From Escherichia phage vB_EcoM_SYGD1: a DNA stretch of 64,000 nt. Location: sequence record MW883059; one strand, written 5' to 3'. How positions within the stretch are numbered: position 1 is the stretch's first letter; each line of letters begins with the position of its first letter. The notes beneath the pieces were generated by a model. That model did no database searches. It was not told the DNA's origin and saw nothing but the letters and a program-made list of their open reading frames with translations. The translations under genes were made by a program, and so were the position numbers. Below are positions 17,801 through 28,371 of this stretch, in pieces.

Positions 17801-17972
17801 TAATCCATCTGTATTGATTACTCGGGAGATTTTCCCCCGAGTTTGTTTTTGTCTCAGCGATTTCTACAAAATAGTAGAAATTAGCACCAACGTCATCCCA
17901 GCGTACTTGCACCTGATTTGCGGATAACTTGGAAATTCTGAGACTAGTGACTGAAGGTGCTTTTACTGTCAT
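14874..17972 (-). CDS. 7: Baseplate wedge gp7
   Basis: 1032 aa as T4 gp7; synteny. Confidence 0.85.
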   Translation of the reverse strand: MTVKAPSVTSLRISKLSANQVQVRWDDVGANFYYFVEIAETKTNSGENLPSNQYRWINLGYTANNSFFFDNANPLTSYIIRVATAAQDFEQSDWIYTEEFETFATNAYIFQNMIEMQLANKFIQEKFTLNNSDYVNFNNDTIMAALMNESFQFSPSYVDVSSISNFIIGENEYHEIQGSIQQVCKDINRVYLMESEGILYLFERYQPVVKVSNDKGQTWKAVKLFNDRVGYPLSKTVYYQSANTTYVLGYDKIFYGRKSTDVRWSADDVRFSSQDITFAKLGDQLHLGFDVEIFATYATLPANVYRIAEAITCTDDYIYVVARDKVRYIKTSNAPIDSDPLSPTYSERLFEPDTMTITGNPKAVCYKMDSVGDKVFALIIGEVETLNANPRTSKIIDSADKGIYVLNHDEKTWKRVFGNTEEERRRIQPGYANMSTDGKLVSLSSSNFKFLSDNIVNDPETAAKYQLIGAVKYEFPREWLADKHYHMMAFIADEKSDWETFTPQPMKYYAEPFFNWSKKSNTRCWINNSDRAVVVYADLKYTKVIENIPETSPDRLVHEYWDDGDCTIVMPNVKFTGFKKYASGMLFYKSSGEIISYYDFNYRVRDTVEIIWKPTGIFLKAFLQNQERETPWSPEEEHGLADPDLRPLIGTMMPDSYLLQDSNFEAFCEAYIQYLSDGYGTQYNNLRNLIRNQYPREEHAWEYLWSEIYKRNIYLNADKRDAVARFFESRSYDFYSTKGIEASYKFLFKVLYNEEVEIEIESGAGTEYDIIVQSDSLTEDLVGQTIYTATGRCNVTYIERSYSNGKLQWTVTIHNLLGRLIAGQEVKAERLPSFEGEIIRGVKGKDLLQNNIDYINRSRSYYVMKIKSNLPSSRWKSDVIRFVHPVGFGFIAITLLTMFINVGLTLKHTETIINKYKNYKWDSGLPTEYADRVAKLTPTGEIEHDSVTGEAIYEPGPMAGVEYPLPDDYNAENNNSIFQGQLPSERRKLMSPLFDASGTTFAQFRDLVNKRLKDNIGNPRDPENPTQVKIDE

Positions 17973-19951
17973 TGTGATATAGGCTCCAAATCGATAGTTA
18001 AGTATTGTGGACGTAAATCATTTTCAAATACAATCAGTGAACCATCGCGTGTGAAAATAACATCGTCTATTGGATCAGAATATAGCTCAATAGTCTGAAC
18101 CTCAAATTTATCGGATGTTAAATTAATTTTAGCGATATTCCAATAAATCACATCAGCTGGATAATTTATTTCACCGATAACATAGTATTTGTCGCGTCCA
18201 TCAGAATTTGCTAATTTGTTAAAATCGTTGCCTGTATATGGCTGAATGTTTTCATTTTCTGTAACATCGCCAGAAGCAAATGGACCAATAATAACTTTAC
18301 CAATTCCTTTAGAATCTCGGTCTGTTGATACTATGCGAACGTCATATAATACATCTTCTTCTAAACCAGTATCAGGATTTACAACCTTTCGTCCAGAATT
18401 AAATGAAAACGTATTAGATTCCATAGAACGATCTTTTATTTGATTATTGTATTTAATACCTGCTTCAGGCGTTTTATAGAAGTTTTGTACTTCACGAACA
18501 ATTTGAATTGTCGCTGATGAGCCAATGATAGAATGATCTGCATCATCTACATATGTCAACATCTTAGATTTAGCGAAAGATGAATTAAAAATTTCTACAT
18601 CTTCGGTATAATAACGATCAATTTTATCAATTATTTGACCTTCAAGCCACTGTTCGGATTCTTGCAGCTTATTTAAAGCATATGTGACTTTTAAATTAGT
18701 CTTAATAAAAAGATAATTAGGAGAAATAATTGATGGCGTAATAGGAGCTAAATTATAGTCTTTGAGATAATTTTTAATATCTTCACGCTGTACAGTAGTT
18801 AAATACAGACCTGATTTAGGTTTAGCAGCAATAAATGCATAACCAGGTTTAGTAGAATCAGTGAAAGTCTGAACTGCTTGAATAATAGAACCAAATCTCT
18901 CTGAAACGAATGTATCATAGTCAGTCGCAGTTACGCAGCGTTGCTGGGTTTCGCGTTTAATAGTACCCAATTCGCGGATACGCTCAATATCTTCTGGATC
19001 ACCGCCGCCATCTGCCCCAACAAAATCTGGGTCATCGTTTGGATTTTCATTAATATTGATGACAGTTATATTTGTTAATGTATCTGCGTATGAAAATCCG
19101 ACTGCTCCGTTCGCGTCAGCACCATTAGTACTGATGTACTCAATAACAATCGTAGAGTTCTGAGTAGGTTTAAGACCTCCGATATAATTAGCGGTCAAAG
19201 CTCCTTCAGAAGCATTAACAGAAATTTCACCTTCACCAAAATAGAATTCAGTATTTCCATCAATAGTTTCACGCATGTAGTAAATTGTCGATGTAGAACC
19301 AGCATGAACCATTGACTTTCTTGTCCAGTTAATCCATTCTGCTCCATCAACGTATAATTTAACCTGGTTTCTATCAATATTTTTATCATAAATGATAATA
19401 GGTGTTAATTTATCATAAATGATTTCAGTTCTTACTATACGTCCCTGGGCCAATTTTAAACGCGGAAAATATTGGTTATTTTTATCACGAATAGCAATAA
19501 CGTCTTCGGTAGAAACGAAGTTATATGGATTAACAGAAGTATCTTTTGCATATGCTAAAAAGCGAGTTCCGCGAGGAATAGTAATGTAATTCCTATTCAA
19601 TGCGTCGGTGCATGTTAACATAATTTCGGTCTGCGCAGCGGATTTTGAAGTAGGTAAATATCCGTTATCTTGTGCAGCTTGAACAACTGAACTTCGTAAG
19701 TTAGCAGTACGCATAAAGCTTTCATACACAGCAGCATTACCAAACTGTTGAATGTACAATGTATTATAAGCTAAAAGGTCACACAGAACGTTTAATCTTG
19801 AGCCTTCAAAATCATAATCCAAAAATTCATTTTGGCCATTAAGCCGTTCAATGAGGTTTTGTTTTATTTCAGCAAACGTACCCCCGACGAATATCTCGGG
19901 AATAGCATTTGCTGTTCTTGTTAATTGATAATTTACAGGGGTATTTGCCAT
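17969..19951 (-). CDS. 6: Baseplate wedge gp6
   Basis: 660 aa as T4 gp6; synteny. Confidence 0.85.
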   Translation of the reverse strand: MANTPVNYQLTRTANAIPEIFVGGTFAEIKQNLIERLNGQNEFLDYDFEGSRLNVLCDLLAYNTLYIQQFGNAAVYESFMRTANLRSSVVQAAQDNGYLPTSKSAAQTEIMLTCTDALNRNYITIPRGTRFLAYAKDTSVNPYNFVSTEDVIAIRDKNNQYFPRLKLAQGRIVRTEIIYDKLTPIIIYDKNIDRNQVKLYVDGAEWINWTRKSMVHAGSTSTIYYMRETIDGNTEFYFGEGEISVNASEGALTANYIGGLKPTQNSTIVIEYISTNGADANGAVGFSYADTLTNITVININENPNDDPDFVGADGGGDPEDIERIRELGTIKRETQQRCVTATDYDTFVSERFGSIIQAVQTFTDSTKPGYAFIAAKPKSGLYLTTVQREDIKNYLKDYNLAPITPSIISPNYLFIKTNLKVTYALNKLQESEQWLEGQIIDKIDRYYTEDVEIFNSSFAKSKMLTYVDDADHSIIGSSATIQIVREVQNFYKTPEAGIKYNNQIKDRSMESNTFSFNSGRKVVNPDTGLEEDVLYDVRIVSTDRDSKGIGKVIIGPFASGDVTENENIQPYTGNDFNKLANSDGRDKYYVIGEINYPADVIYWNIAKINLTSDKFEVQTIELYSDPIDDVIFTRDGSLIVFENDLRPQYLTIDLEPISQ

Positions 19952-19959
19952 TTTAAATC

Positions 19960-20253
19960 CTATTTAATGAATACTTTAGATGATGCCTGAGCCACAGTAT
20001 CACCGCATGATATTGGATCAGCCATTTGAACAGCTTTCTTTCCAGTGACATATACCTTAGAAGTTCTGGGTTGTGTCACTCCGCCATGTGTTTCATATGG
20101 CTTTTTAATTTCTGTATGTTCTGTAATTGGATCACCTGCTACGAGAACAGCAATTCCTCCAGTGAATACTTTACTTTGTGTAGCATTCACAACTGTTGGA
20201 GGCCATGCTTCATGACCAGCAGTAACACATTTATCATAACTTAATCCTGACAT
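19960..20253 (-). CDS. 5.4: PAAR-type spike tip protein gp5.4
   Basis: 97 aa as T4 gp5.4; immediately upstream of gene 6. Confidence 0.7.
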
Positions 20254-20790
20254 CTATGACCTCTCATACACATAGCTTCTTAATTTATTAGCCCAACGAC
20301 TCCAATTTCCAACTATAGTTTTAGTATAATTTTTAACGAGAGTTTTTCTTACTGGAGCAGGAGGATCTGTCGGTTCAGTAGTATCAGAAGATGACCTAGA
20401 ATTACTGCCAGAACCTCCAGATTCACTTTGTTCTTGGTAGTCATATATTAATGTTACTTCGTAAGTGAATGTCTTCTGGAGGTTTTGAGGAGCTTTCCAT
20501 AAATACAACTGAGTATCAGAATCAGTAGGAAGTTCTTCCCATGAAGCAGCAGTTTTAAATTCATCGCCTAAACGATATTTCAACGCGTCATTTCCAAATC
20601 CAAACACAGATTCATATGTTCCGTATAAGCGATTTTCTTCTACTAAAACCCCAGGAGTTTCTTCGTAACTAGTTATATTTATAGATACTAACGTTTCACC
20701 TGTTTCTAATTGAGCGGTAAAGGTGACGTCGATAGAAGAACCTTCCATGGATTCTCCTAAATCAGCGCTCATTGGAAGTATATTAGCCAA
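20254..20790 (-). CDS. Hypothetical protein (gp5.1-position)
   Basis: 178 aa ORF between the endonuclease and 5.4; no motif recognised. Confidence 0.4.
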
Positions 20791-21649
20791 TTGTTGAATT
20801 CTCTAATGATGTAAATTTATAATCACATTTTTTCAAAGCTTTTAAAATTGCGTTATAACTTACATCCGGAAGGTCATGTTCAATTGCTTTTTCTCTAAAC
20901 CATTTGTATTTCTGCGGATGCGGTTTTCCCAAATCCTCCCAAAGTTTTTTGACTTTTTCTATACTAATCCAAGGTTCAACTGATCTTAGTTTTTTATTTC
21001 TAGCATCTAATCTCGATTTTCTTATCAAAGGATCATTCCATGATTGTTTCGTTCCTTCTATTTTTCCTGGATGATTGATTAATTTATTTCTGTATTCATC
21101 GGATTTCCATAAAGATTTAACAGTATTAGAAATACGAATTTTTAATGTTGGGTCATTTTCAAAAGCAGTTTTCATCGCATTACTCATTTTCTTTCGATAT
21201 TCTGGTGATGCGCATCTTTCTTTGTTTATTTTAGATATTTTCTCTGAAAATTCTTTAGTTGACGTTGATTTAGCTAATGCCTTCAATTGAGCTTTCCTAT
21301 ATTCAGGATTAGACCACATTCTCTTCAAATCTTCGGATGAAAAACCATCACCGCCGGATTTTATATTGGTACATAGAATGTCAGATGATTTATATTTCGA
21401 AATCCAATACCTTTCTCTTAAATTAAGAATTTCATAAGTAGAAACAAATTCAATTATTTCAAAATCTATTTTATAACCAGGTTTATTGCGTATCTTTTTA
21501 ATATAATCACCGGAACCTATATACTTGTCATTTTCTAAATCAAAATATCTAGATTCATGTTTACCAATATAAACACGTACTAATCCTTTCGGATTAGTAA
21601 CGGTTGTTTTATATATGTATCTAAATTGAACAGTGTTAGATTTTTTCAT
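20783..21649 (-). CDS. GIY-YIG homing endonuclease (seg-like)
   Basis: N-terminal FRYIYKTT...VRVYIGKHE...YIGSG GIY-YIG motif; repeated NPEYRK / SPEYRK / SDEYRN DNA-binding-type repeats; own late promoter. Confidence 0.7.
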   Translation of the reverse strand: MKKSNTVQFRYIYKTTVTNPKGLVRVYIGKHESRYFDLENDKYIGSGDYIKKIRNKPGYKIDFEIIEFVSTYEILNLRERYWISKYKSSDILCTNIKSGGDGFSSEDLKRMWSNPEYRKAQLKALAKSTSTKEFSEKISKINKERCASPEYRKKMSNAMKTAFENDPTLKIRISNTVKSLWKSDEYRNKLINHPGKIEGTKQSWNDPLIRKSRLDARNKKLRSVEPWISIEKVKKLWEDLGKPHPQKYKWFREKAIEHDLPDVSYNAILKALKKCDYKFTSLENSTIG

Positions 21650-21664
21650 AATTCACCTCTGAAT

Positions 21665-21672
21665 TATTTATA
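21665..21672 (-). promoter_or_regulatory. Late promoter (TATAAATA) for the seg-like endonuclease
   Basis: Minus-strand TATAAATA overlapping gene 5 stop codon, about 16 nt upstream of the endonuclease start. Confidence 0.5.
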
Positions 21673-23398
21673 AACCTACGTCTATACGGCTACCATCAAT
21701 TGTGTATTGACCAGATGAAATAGAACTCATAGATGCCATTTTTTCTGTCCAATCACCACCAACGTCCCAATCAACTGTCCCAGCAACTTTCCAAGAAAGA
21801 TTTCCATTTACTGTATTAGTTTGATTTCCTTCAACTAAAGTAGTAGCATCCCCTTTAACTGTAATGTCAGCATTACCTTCAACTACAATAGTAACATTAC
21901 CTTTGACTAGGATAGTTCCATTACCTTCAACCGTCTTAGTTTCATCGCCACGCACAAATATCGTATTGCTTCCATCTATTTGGTGAAGACGATTATCCAT
22001 GTTGTAATAAATTTCTGATCCACCGACGTTAGTCTTTTTATCACCGGCTACCAAAAAATTACCGTCAGCATTTGTTATATCATACAAATTATCAACAGTT
22101 TTTCTTGTTCTTCTTCCTGACGGTGATACTTCCTCATACGTTCCAGTCGGATGAACTAATCTGTATCGTTCTTGCCCAGGGGTATCATCAAATTCCTGAA
22201 TATGACCGCTTTCAGTTTCCATTGTGTGAACATACGGATATTCACCTTTATATGAAGAAACAGGTTCTTTGAATAAAATTCTCGAATCATTCGGAATAGG
22301 AGGGTCAGCCGGGTCAGAAGACTTTGCTACAGTAGCAGCCATTGCAGACAAAGACCTAGCTGGCGTTTTCACTTCAATACCGTATGATTCCAAATTGCCT
22401 GTAAGAATAATCATGGTAACACGGGATGCACGGCCTTTTGTTTGTTGATACCACAATGAATCACGACCGGCTTTATATGCTTTTTCCCAATCTCCGGCTA
22501 ACATAGCAGTTAACATTGTGTTAAATTTAGCTACACCGCCAACACCCATCTGAAATGCCATATTTTCTAATGCCATTTGACGAGAACGATTAACTGCTTT
22601 CCAAACTGGGCCAACTTTAGAATGTGATTTAATGTCACGTTGCATATCAGCTAAATCACGTTCAAATAAAGTTACCGCTTCTTCCATTGTAATAGAACCT
22701 GGATTTCCGGTAATTTCACGACCAACTTGTTTTGATAAAACTTTATTAATTTGGGCCATATCACGAACTGGCTGCTTCATGATAAGATGACCAATACCAA
22801 TTGTCGGATATCCTTCTGTATCCCAATAAACTTTTAGTCTTAATCCTTCATCACGGCGAAGCATTTCAGCCATTGACATATTTGGATTATCATCAGTTGG
22901 AATTTCTGATAATGGTCTATCATCAGGATTTATCGCAGTGTCTAGATTGCTATCTTGGATAATATTAGAAGACGAATCATATCCTACTTCTCCGCCTTGG
23001 TTTAATACGTTAGTATCATTTCCTAGACGTCTAGGATACTGCCCAGTTGGGTCAGAAAATCCTTCAAGTCTATTAGGTTTTTCGCGAACTATCCCACCAT
23101 ACGTGCCAAGGACAATTCCGTTAGTTTTCCATTTGTCTAAAAAATGACCATAAACTCTAGTTCCTTCTACTGGTCCTGTAACAGAACCTCCAATTCCAGA
23201 CATTGCTGCAGAAGTTATAGGTTGAATAACTGACATCCATGGCAATTTATCGGTTGGAATACCCATTACATCGCCTTGCGCTCTTTGGGGCGGATGCAGA
23301 CCAACCACACGAACACGAACGCGACCTAATTTTAATGGGTCCATTCTATCTTCAACAACACCAACAAACCAGTTGAGGTTATTACTTATCATTTCCAT
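21668..23398 (-). CDS. 5: Baseplate hub / tail lysozyme gp5
   Basis: 576 aa (T4 575); internal lysozyme motif EGLRLKVYWDTEGYPTIGIGHLI parallels the e lysozyme in this window. Confidence 0.9.
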   Translation of the reverse strand: MEMISNNLNWFVGVVEDRMDPLKLGRVRVRVVGLHPPQRAQGDVMGIPTDKLPWMSVIQPITSAAMSGIGGSVTGPVEGTRVYGHFLDKWKTNGIVLGTYGGIVREKPNRLEGFSDPTGQYPRRLGNDTNVLNQGGEVGYDSSSNIIQDSNLDTAINPDDRPLSEIPTDDNPNMSMAEMLRRDEGLRLKVYWDTEGYPTIGIGHLIMKQPVRDMAQINKVLSKQVGREITGNPGSITMEEAVTLFERDLADMQRDIKSHSKVGPVWKAVNRSRQMALENMAFQMGVGGVAKFNTMLTAMLAGDWEKAYKAGRDSLWYQQTKGRASRVTMIILTGNLESYGIEVKTPARSLSAMAATVAKSSDPADPPIPNDSRILFKEPVSSYKGEYPYVHTMETESGHIQEFDDTPGQERYRLVHPTGTYEEVSPSGRRTRKTVDNLYDITNADGNFLVAGDKKTNVGGSEIYYNMDNRLHQIDGSNTIFVRGDETKTVEGNGTILVKGNVTIVVEGNADITVKGDATTLVEGNQTNTVNGNLSWKVAGTVDWDVGGDWTEKMASMSSISSGQYTIDGSRIDVGL

Positions 23399-23972
23399 AA
23401 GATTTCTCCATTATACGTATAAGGTCGTTCATAAATGAATTGATGTCTGATTTTGCTATTATTTTTATTTGACGAAGTTTTTCATTTTCAAGAACAGCAG
23501 CTTCATACGTATCAACAGCAGCAAGTGCTCCTTCATATTGAGGATATTTTCTAGCTTTATCGCCTTTGTCATACCAAACATATGGATTATCATCGTATGA
23601 TATTAAATTATAAAATTTTTCACCATTCTCATTCACATGATATACTATTTGATCTCCACCTACGTTTTTGTATTTTTGTATAGATGCTTGATAAGCAGCT
23701 TCTTGCGAAGTAATCCATCCATAATACGGATCATAATTATCATTACACATCAATAAAACCCAATACAACTGCGGATTTCCATATATAGCATTTGCTAACT
23801 CTTCTGGACGTGGTGAACCTTTAATATAATAAGTACGTAAGCGGTATCCCGCAAGAGCGCGTTTAAAATAGTCTTTATAGTTTCTAAAAATATCTGTCAT
23901 AGGAATAGTCGGCGCGTTTTTATTCACCGTTTTGGCCGCATATTCAATCGGATCAAAAAATGTAAAGAGCAT
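23382..23972 (-). CDS. 53: Baseplate wedge gp53
   Basis: 196 aa as T4 gp53; synteny. Confidence 0.75.
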   Translation of the reverse strand: MLFTFFDPIEYAAKTVNKNAPTIPMTDIFRNYKDYFKRALAGYRLRTYYIKGSPRPEELANAIYGNPQLYWVLLMCNDNYDPYYGWITSQEAAYQASIQKYKNVGGDQIVYHVNENGEKFYNLISYDDNPYVWYDKGDKARKYPQYEGALAAVDTYEAAVLENEKLRQIKIIAKSDINSFMNDLIRIMEKSYGNDK

Positions 23973-23985
23973 GGGCCCTCCTGTT

Positions 23986-23993
23986 TATAAATA
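23986..23993 (+). promoter_or_regulatory. Late promoter (TATAAATA) for genes 4-2-3
   Basis: TATAAATA about 27 nt upstream of gene 4 ATG. Confidence 0.55.
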
Positions 23994-24000
23994 TATTATC

Positions 24001-24008
24001 TATTTATA
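24001..24008 (-). promoter_or_regulatory. Late promoter (TATAAATA) for gene 53, divergent from the gene 4 promoter
   Basis: Plus-strand tatttata = minus TATAAATA about 30 nt upstream of gene 53 start. Confidence 0.5.
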
Positions 24009-24019
24009 AGGAGAATCCA

Positions 24020-24472
24020 ATGTCATATTCTGGAAAATGGGTTCCTAAAAATATATCAAAGTATAGAGGTGACCCTAAAAAAATTACGTATAGATCAAAT
24101 TGGGAAAAATTCTTTTTTGAATGGTTAGATAAAAATCCAGAAATTATTGCATGGGGTAGTGAAACAGCAGTAATTCCTTATTTTTGTAATGCAGAAGGGA
24201 AAAAACGTAGATACTTCATGGATATTTGGATGAAAGATTCTTCTGGACAAGAATTTTTTATTGAAATAAAGCCTAAAAAAGAAACACAACCACCAGTTAA
24301 ACCAGCACATCTAACAACTGCAGCGAAGAAAAGATTTATGAATGAAATTTATACATATTCCGTTAATACTGATAAATGGAAAGCAGCTCAAGCTTTAGCT
24401 GAAAAGCGCGGAATAAAATTTAGAATTTTAACAGAAGATGGATTACGAGCTCTTGGCTTTAAGGGGGCATAA
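24020..24472 (+). CDS. 4: Head completion protein gp4
   Basis: 150 aa as T4 gp4; synteny 4-2-3-1-57A-57B. Confidence 0.75.
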   Translation: MSYSGKWVPKNISKYRGDPKKITYRSNWEKFFFEWLDKNPEIIAWGSETAVIPYFCNAEGKKRRYFMDIWMKDSSGQEFFIEIKPKKETQPPVKPAHLTTAAKKRFMNEIYTYSVNTDKWKAAQALAEKRGIKFRILTEDGLRALGFKGA

Positions 24473-25296
24473 TGGCTATTTTTCAAATAATTAATGAAAG
24501 CACTCCCCAAGTTCCAAAGGTTAAGCAATCATTAAACGAAAAGAAATGGATTCAGATAGGTCTTGAATACAAAAAGGCCAAAGCAAAAGGAATGACAGGA
24601 AAGCAATTTGCTGAAGAAAGAGGAATCAAATACTCTACGTTTACTTCGGCAATGTCAAAATATGCTTCAGGAATTAAAACAGCCGAAAAGATTCAAAAGC
24701 TTGAATCAAAACCAATGAATAAACTCAATAAGCAAGAAAGACAACTGCTTATGATAAATTCATTCAGGCAAACATTACGTGATAAAATTCGTAATGAAGG
24801 TGCAGCAATTAATAATAAAACCAGAAAGTGGTTTGCTGAAACTATTAAGCAAGTAAAAGGACATAAAGTTGTTCGCCCGCAGCCGGGACGAATATATGCT
24901 TTTGCTTATGATGCTAAACACAAGGAAACTCTTCCTTATTGGGATAAATTTCCTTTGATAATTTATCTTGGTTTAGGTAAACACAATTTAATGTACGGAT
25001 TGAACTTGCACTATATTCCACCTAAAGCTCGTCAACAGTTTCTAGAAGAGCTTTTAAAGCAATATTCAAATACACCTACTATTACTAGTAAAACGAAATT
25101 AAAAATTGATTGGAGTCAAGTGAAAGGATTTAGGGGTGCAGACCAAATGATTAAGGCATATATACCTGGTAATATTATGGGTAGCCTAGTTGAAATCGCC
25201 CCGAAAGACTGGGCGAACGTTGTGTTAATGCCACTTCAGCAGTTCGTTTCAAAAGGAAAACGTTTCTCTGCAAACAAAGTCTGGTCAAATATCTAA
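24472..25296 (+). CDS. 2: DNA end protector protein gp2
   Basis: 274 aa as T4 gp2; synteny. Confidence 0.75.
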   Translation: MAIFQIINESTPQVPKVKQSLNEKKWIQIGLEYKKAKAKGMTGKQFAEERGIKYSTFTSAMSKYASGIKTAEKIQKLESKPMNKLNKQERQLLMINSFRQTLRDKIRNEGAAINNKTRKWFAETIKQVKGHKVVRPQPGRIYAFAYDAKHKETLPYWDKFPLIIYLGLGKHNLMYGLNLHYIPPKARQQFLEELLKQYSNTPTITSKTKLKIDWSQVKGFRGADQMIKAYIPGNIMGSLVEIAPKDWANVVLMPLQQFVSKGKRFSANKVWSNI

Positions 25297-25402
25297 TTCT
25301 ATTATCTTCCATTCTTTTCTATTGTTTGTTCTAATTGGAATTGAATGGAAGGGACTTAGACCCATTATACCACCAACATTTATAAAGCATTATGAGGAAT
25401 AT

Positions 25403-25933
25403 ATGTCACAAGCTCTGCAACAAATTTTTAACCAAGCAAATACAACTAACTTTGTAGTATCAATACCGCATAGTAATACTACATCTGCTTTTACTTTAAA
25501 TGCTCAGTCAGTTCCTATTCCAGGAATTAGAATACCTGTTACTGATACCGTGACTGGGCCGTTTGGACTAGGCCGAGCACAGCGTCCAGGAGTTACATTT
25601 GAGTACGATCCACTCATCGTGAGATTTATAGTTGATGAAGAGCTTAAGTCGTGGATAGGAATGTATGAATGGATGCTAGGAACTAGTAACTATCTTACAG
25701 GCGAAAATACTGCCCAAAAAACAGGTCCTGAATACATTACGCTTTACATTTTAGATAATAGTAAAACTGAAATCGTGATGTCAATAAATTTTTATAAGCC
25801 TTGGGTTTCTGACCTATCTGAAGTAGAATTTAGCTACACTGAAGATTCAGACCCAGCTTTAGTATGTACAGCAACGATTCCTTATACGTATTTTCAAGTA
25901 GAAAAAGATGGCAAAATTATAGCAGAAGTTTAA
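25403..25933 (+). CDS. 3: Tail completion protein gp3
   Basis: ORF 25322-25933; start at internal Met (MSQALQQ) gives 176 aa as T4 gp3. Confidence 0.7.
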   Translation: MSQALQQIFNQANTTNFVVSIPHSNTTSAFTLNAQSVPIPGIRIPVTDTVTGPFGLGRAQRPGVTFEYDPLIVRFIVDEELKSWIGMYEWMLGTSNYLTGENTAQKTGPEYITLYILDNSKTEIVMSINFYKPWVSDLSEVEFSYTEDSDPALVCTATIPYTYFQVEKDGKIIAEV

Positions 25934-25982
25934 TGCTTCAGTTTCATGTGTTATAATCTTAACTAAATTTGAGGAGAAACAT

Positions 25983-26707
25983 ATGAAACTAATCTTTTTA
26001 AGTGGTGTAAAGCGCAGTGGAAAAGATACTACTGCGGATTTTATCATGAATAATTATTCTGCAGTTAAATATCAACTTGCTGGTCCTATTAAAGATGCAT
26101 TAGCTTATGCGTGGGGCGTGTTTGCTGCAAACACTGACTATCCTTGCTTAACTCGCAAAGAGTTTGAAGGAATTGACTATGATCGTGAGACTAATTTAAA
26201 TCTGACTAAATCAGAAGTAATCACGATTATGGAACAAGCATTTTGTTATCTTAACGGTAAAAGCCCAATTAGGGGTGTGTGTGTTTTTGAGGACGAAGGA
26301 CAAGAATCAGTTGATTCCGTAGCATGTAACAAGATTATTGACGTTATAAATAATATTGAAGATCAATGGTCAGTCCGTCGTCTGATGCAAGCCCTAGGTA
26401 CGGATTTGATTGTTAATAACTTCGACCGCATGTATTGGGTAAAATTATTTGCTTTAGATTATCTTGATAAATTTAACTCAGGTTATGATTATTATATCGT
26501 TCCTGATACTCGTCAAGATCATGAAATGGATGCGGCTAGGGCGATGGGTGCTACAGTAATTTATGTAGTTCGTCCTGGTCAAAAATCCAATGATACTCAT
26601 ATTACAGAAGCTGGATTGCCAATTCGTGATGGCGATTTAGTAATTACAAACGATGGTTCTCTTGAAGAACTTTTTTCTAAAATTAAAAATACACTAAAGG
26701 TACTATA

Positions 26708-26708
<1 letters not shown>
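25983..26708 (+). CDS. 1: Deoxynucleoside monophosphate kinase gp1
   Basis: 241 aa; P-loop GVKRSGKDT near N-terminus. Confidence 0.9.
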
Positions 26709-27393
<685 letters not shown>

Positions 27394-27405
27394 TTTCACA
27401 AAGTT

Positions 27406-27435
27406 GTTTACACGGGGTTTTAGTTGTGATACTAT
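27406..27435 (+). promoter_or_regulatory. T4-type early promoter (GTTTAC -35, extended -10 TGnTACTAT)
   Basis: gtttac, 18-nt spacer, tgatactat; upstream of first internal-protein gene. Confidence 0.6.
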
Positions 27436-27471
27436 TACCCTATCAAAACAAATGAGTGATTGGAGAATAAA

Positions 27472-27744
27472 ATGAAAACATTTAAAGAATTTATCAATGA
27501 AGCTACTTTTAACGAAAAAGTAAAAATTAGCAAAGCTGTCAAGACTTTGATTGCTGACATCAATTACCTATATGATATTGATTTAACTGACTATGTAACA
27601 GTTGGTAACAAACGTAACTATTTCGTGTTTGACATCTCTGAACTTGACCAGAATCAAATTAACAACATTGAGCGTTTTGCTAATGATAGGGGTCTTCGAC
27701 ACGAGCCTGGTGGCTATAAAAAATACGCAATTTATTTAAAATGA
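27472..27744 (+). CDS. Internal protein with capsid targeting sequence (IPI-like)
   Basis: N-terminus MKTFKEFINEA resembles T4 internal-protein targeting sequence MKTYQEFIAEA with prohead protease site after INE. Confidence 0.65.
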   Translation: MKTFKEFINEATFNEKVKISKAVKTLIADINYLYDIDLTDYVTVGNKRNYFVFDISELDQNQINNIERFANDRGLRHEPGGYKKYAIYLK

Positions 27745-27774
27745 GTTTACTTTTAGATAGGGTAGTGATACTAT
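27745..27774 (+). promoter_or_regulatory. T4-type early promoter
   Basis: gtttac ... tgatactat. Confidence 0.6.
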
Positions 27775-27804
27775 TATCTCATCAAAATTAATTAGGAAAA
27801 TAAA

Positions 27805-28116
27805 ATGAAAACATTTAAAGAATTTATCAATGAAGCGGCTGCTGCACCAAAGACATTCGTTATTAATACTCAAGCGAGTCTTGATGATGAGTACGCGGAG
27901 GCAATTCTGAAGTCACTTGCTAAGAACGGCGTTGAAGTAATTGCTTCGGACTTTAAGAAAGGGGCTTCCGAGATGTTTATTTCTATAACTAAAGGATCTA
28001 AAGCTAAGATTAAATCATCATTCGGAGTTGCTCGTACCGATCAAATCGACAATCATGACTTTAAACAAACTGGTGCTAAACGGCAGAATACGATTGCATC
28101 ACGCGGAATAAAATAG
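27805..28116 (+). CDS. Internal protein with capsid targeting sequence
   Basis: N-terminus MKTFKEFINEA identical to the preceding ORF for 11 aa, body unrelated. Confidence 0.65.
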   Translation: MKTFKEFINEAAAAPKTFVINTQASLDDEYAEAILKSLAKNGVEVIASDFKKGASEMFISITKGSKAKIKSSFGVARTDQIDNHDFKQTGAKRQNTIASRGIK

Positions 28117-28127
28117 TTTATAAAACC

Positions 28128-28157
28128 GTTTACTTTTAGATGGGGTAGTGATACTAT
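28128..28157 (+). promoter_or_regulatory. T4-type early promoter
   Basis: gtttac ... tgatactat. Confidence 0.6.
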
Positions 28158-28185
28158 TACCCTATCAACTACTGAGGAGAATAAA

Positions 28186-28371
28186 ATGAAACGTTGTGAA
28201 TTAATTCGAAATGTTGCTATTGCAATTTCTGCTTCCGCTTTTAGTTTTTCAATGTTTGTTGGATTTATATGCGGATTATTAACTACAGCAGAAAATGTGT
28301 TTTCACTTGTAGTAGCATTTTTAATTGGTTTAATCGCTATCGTTATGGATAAAATTTCTAAAGGTGAATAG
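28186..28371 (+). CDS. Small membrane protein, hypothetical
   Basis: 61 aa with two hydrophobic stretches. Confidence 0.35.
   Translation: MKRCELIRNVAIAISASAFSFSMFVGFICGLLTTAENVFSLVVAFLIGLIAIVMDKISKGE

Noticed and set aside
27472-27838. Repeated MKTFKEFINEA-coding sequence as a possible direct repeat of a mobile element or CRISPR-like array
   Set aside because: Only two copies, each at the 5' end of a separate gene with its own promoter; the repeat encodes the capsid targeting peptide, not a spacer-repeat structure.
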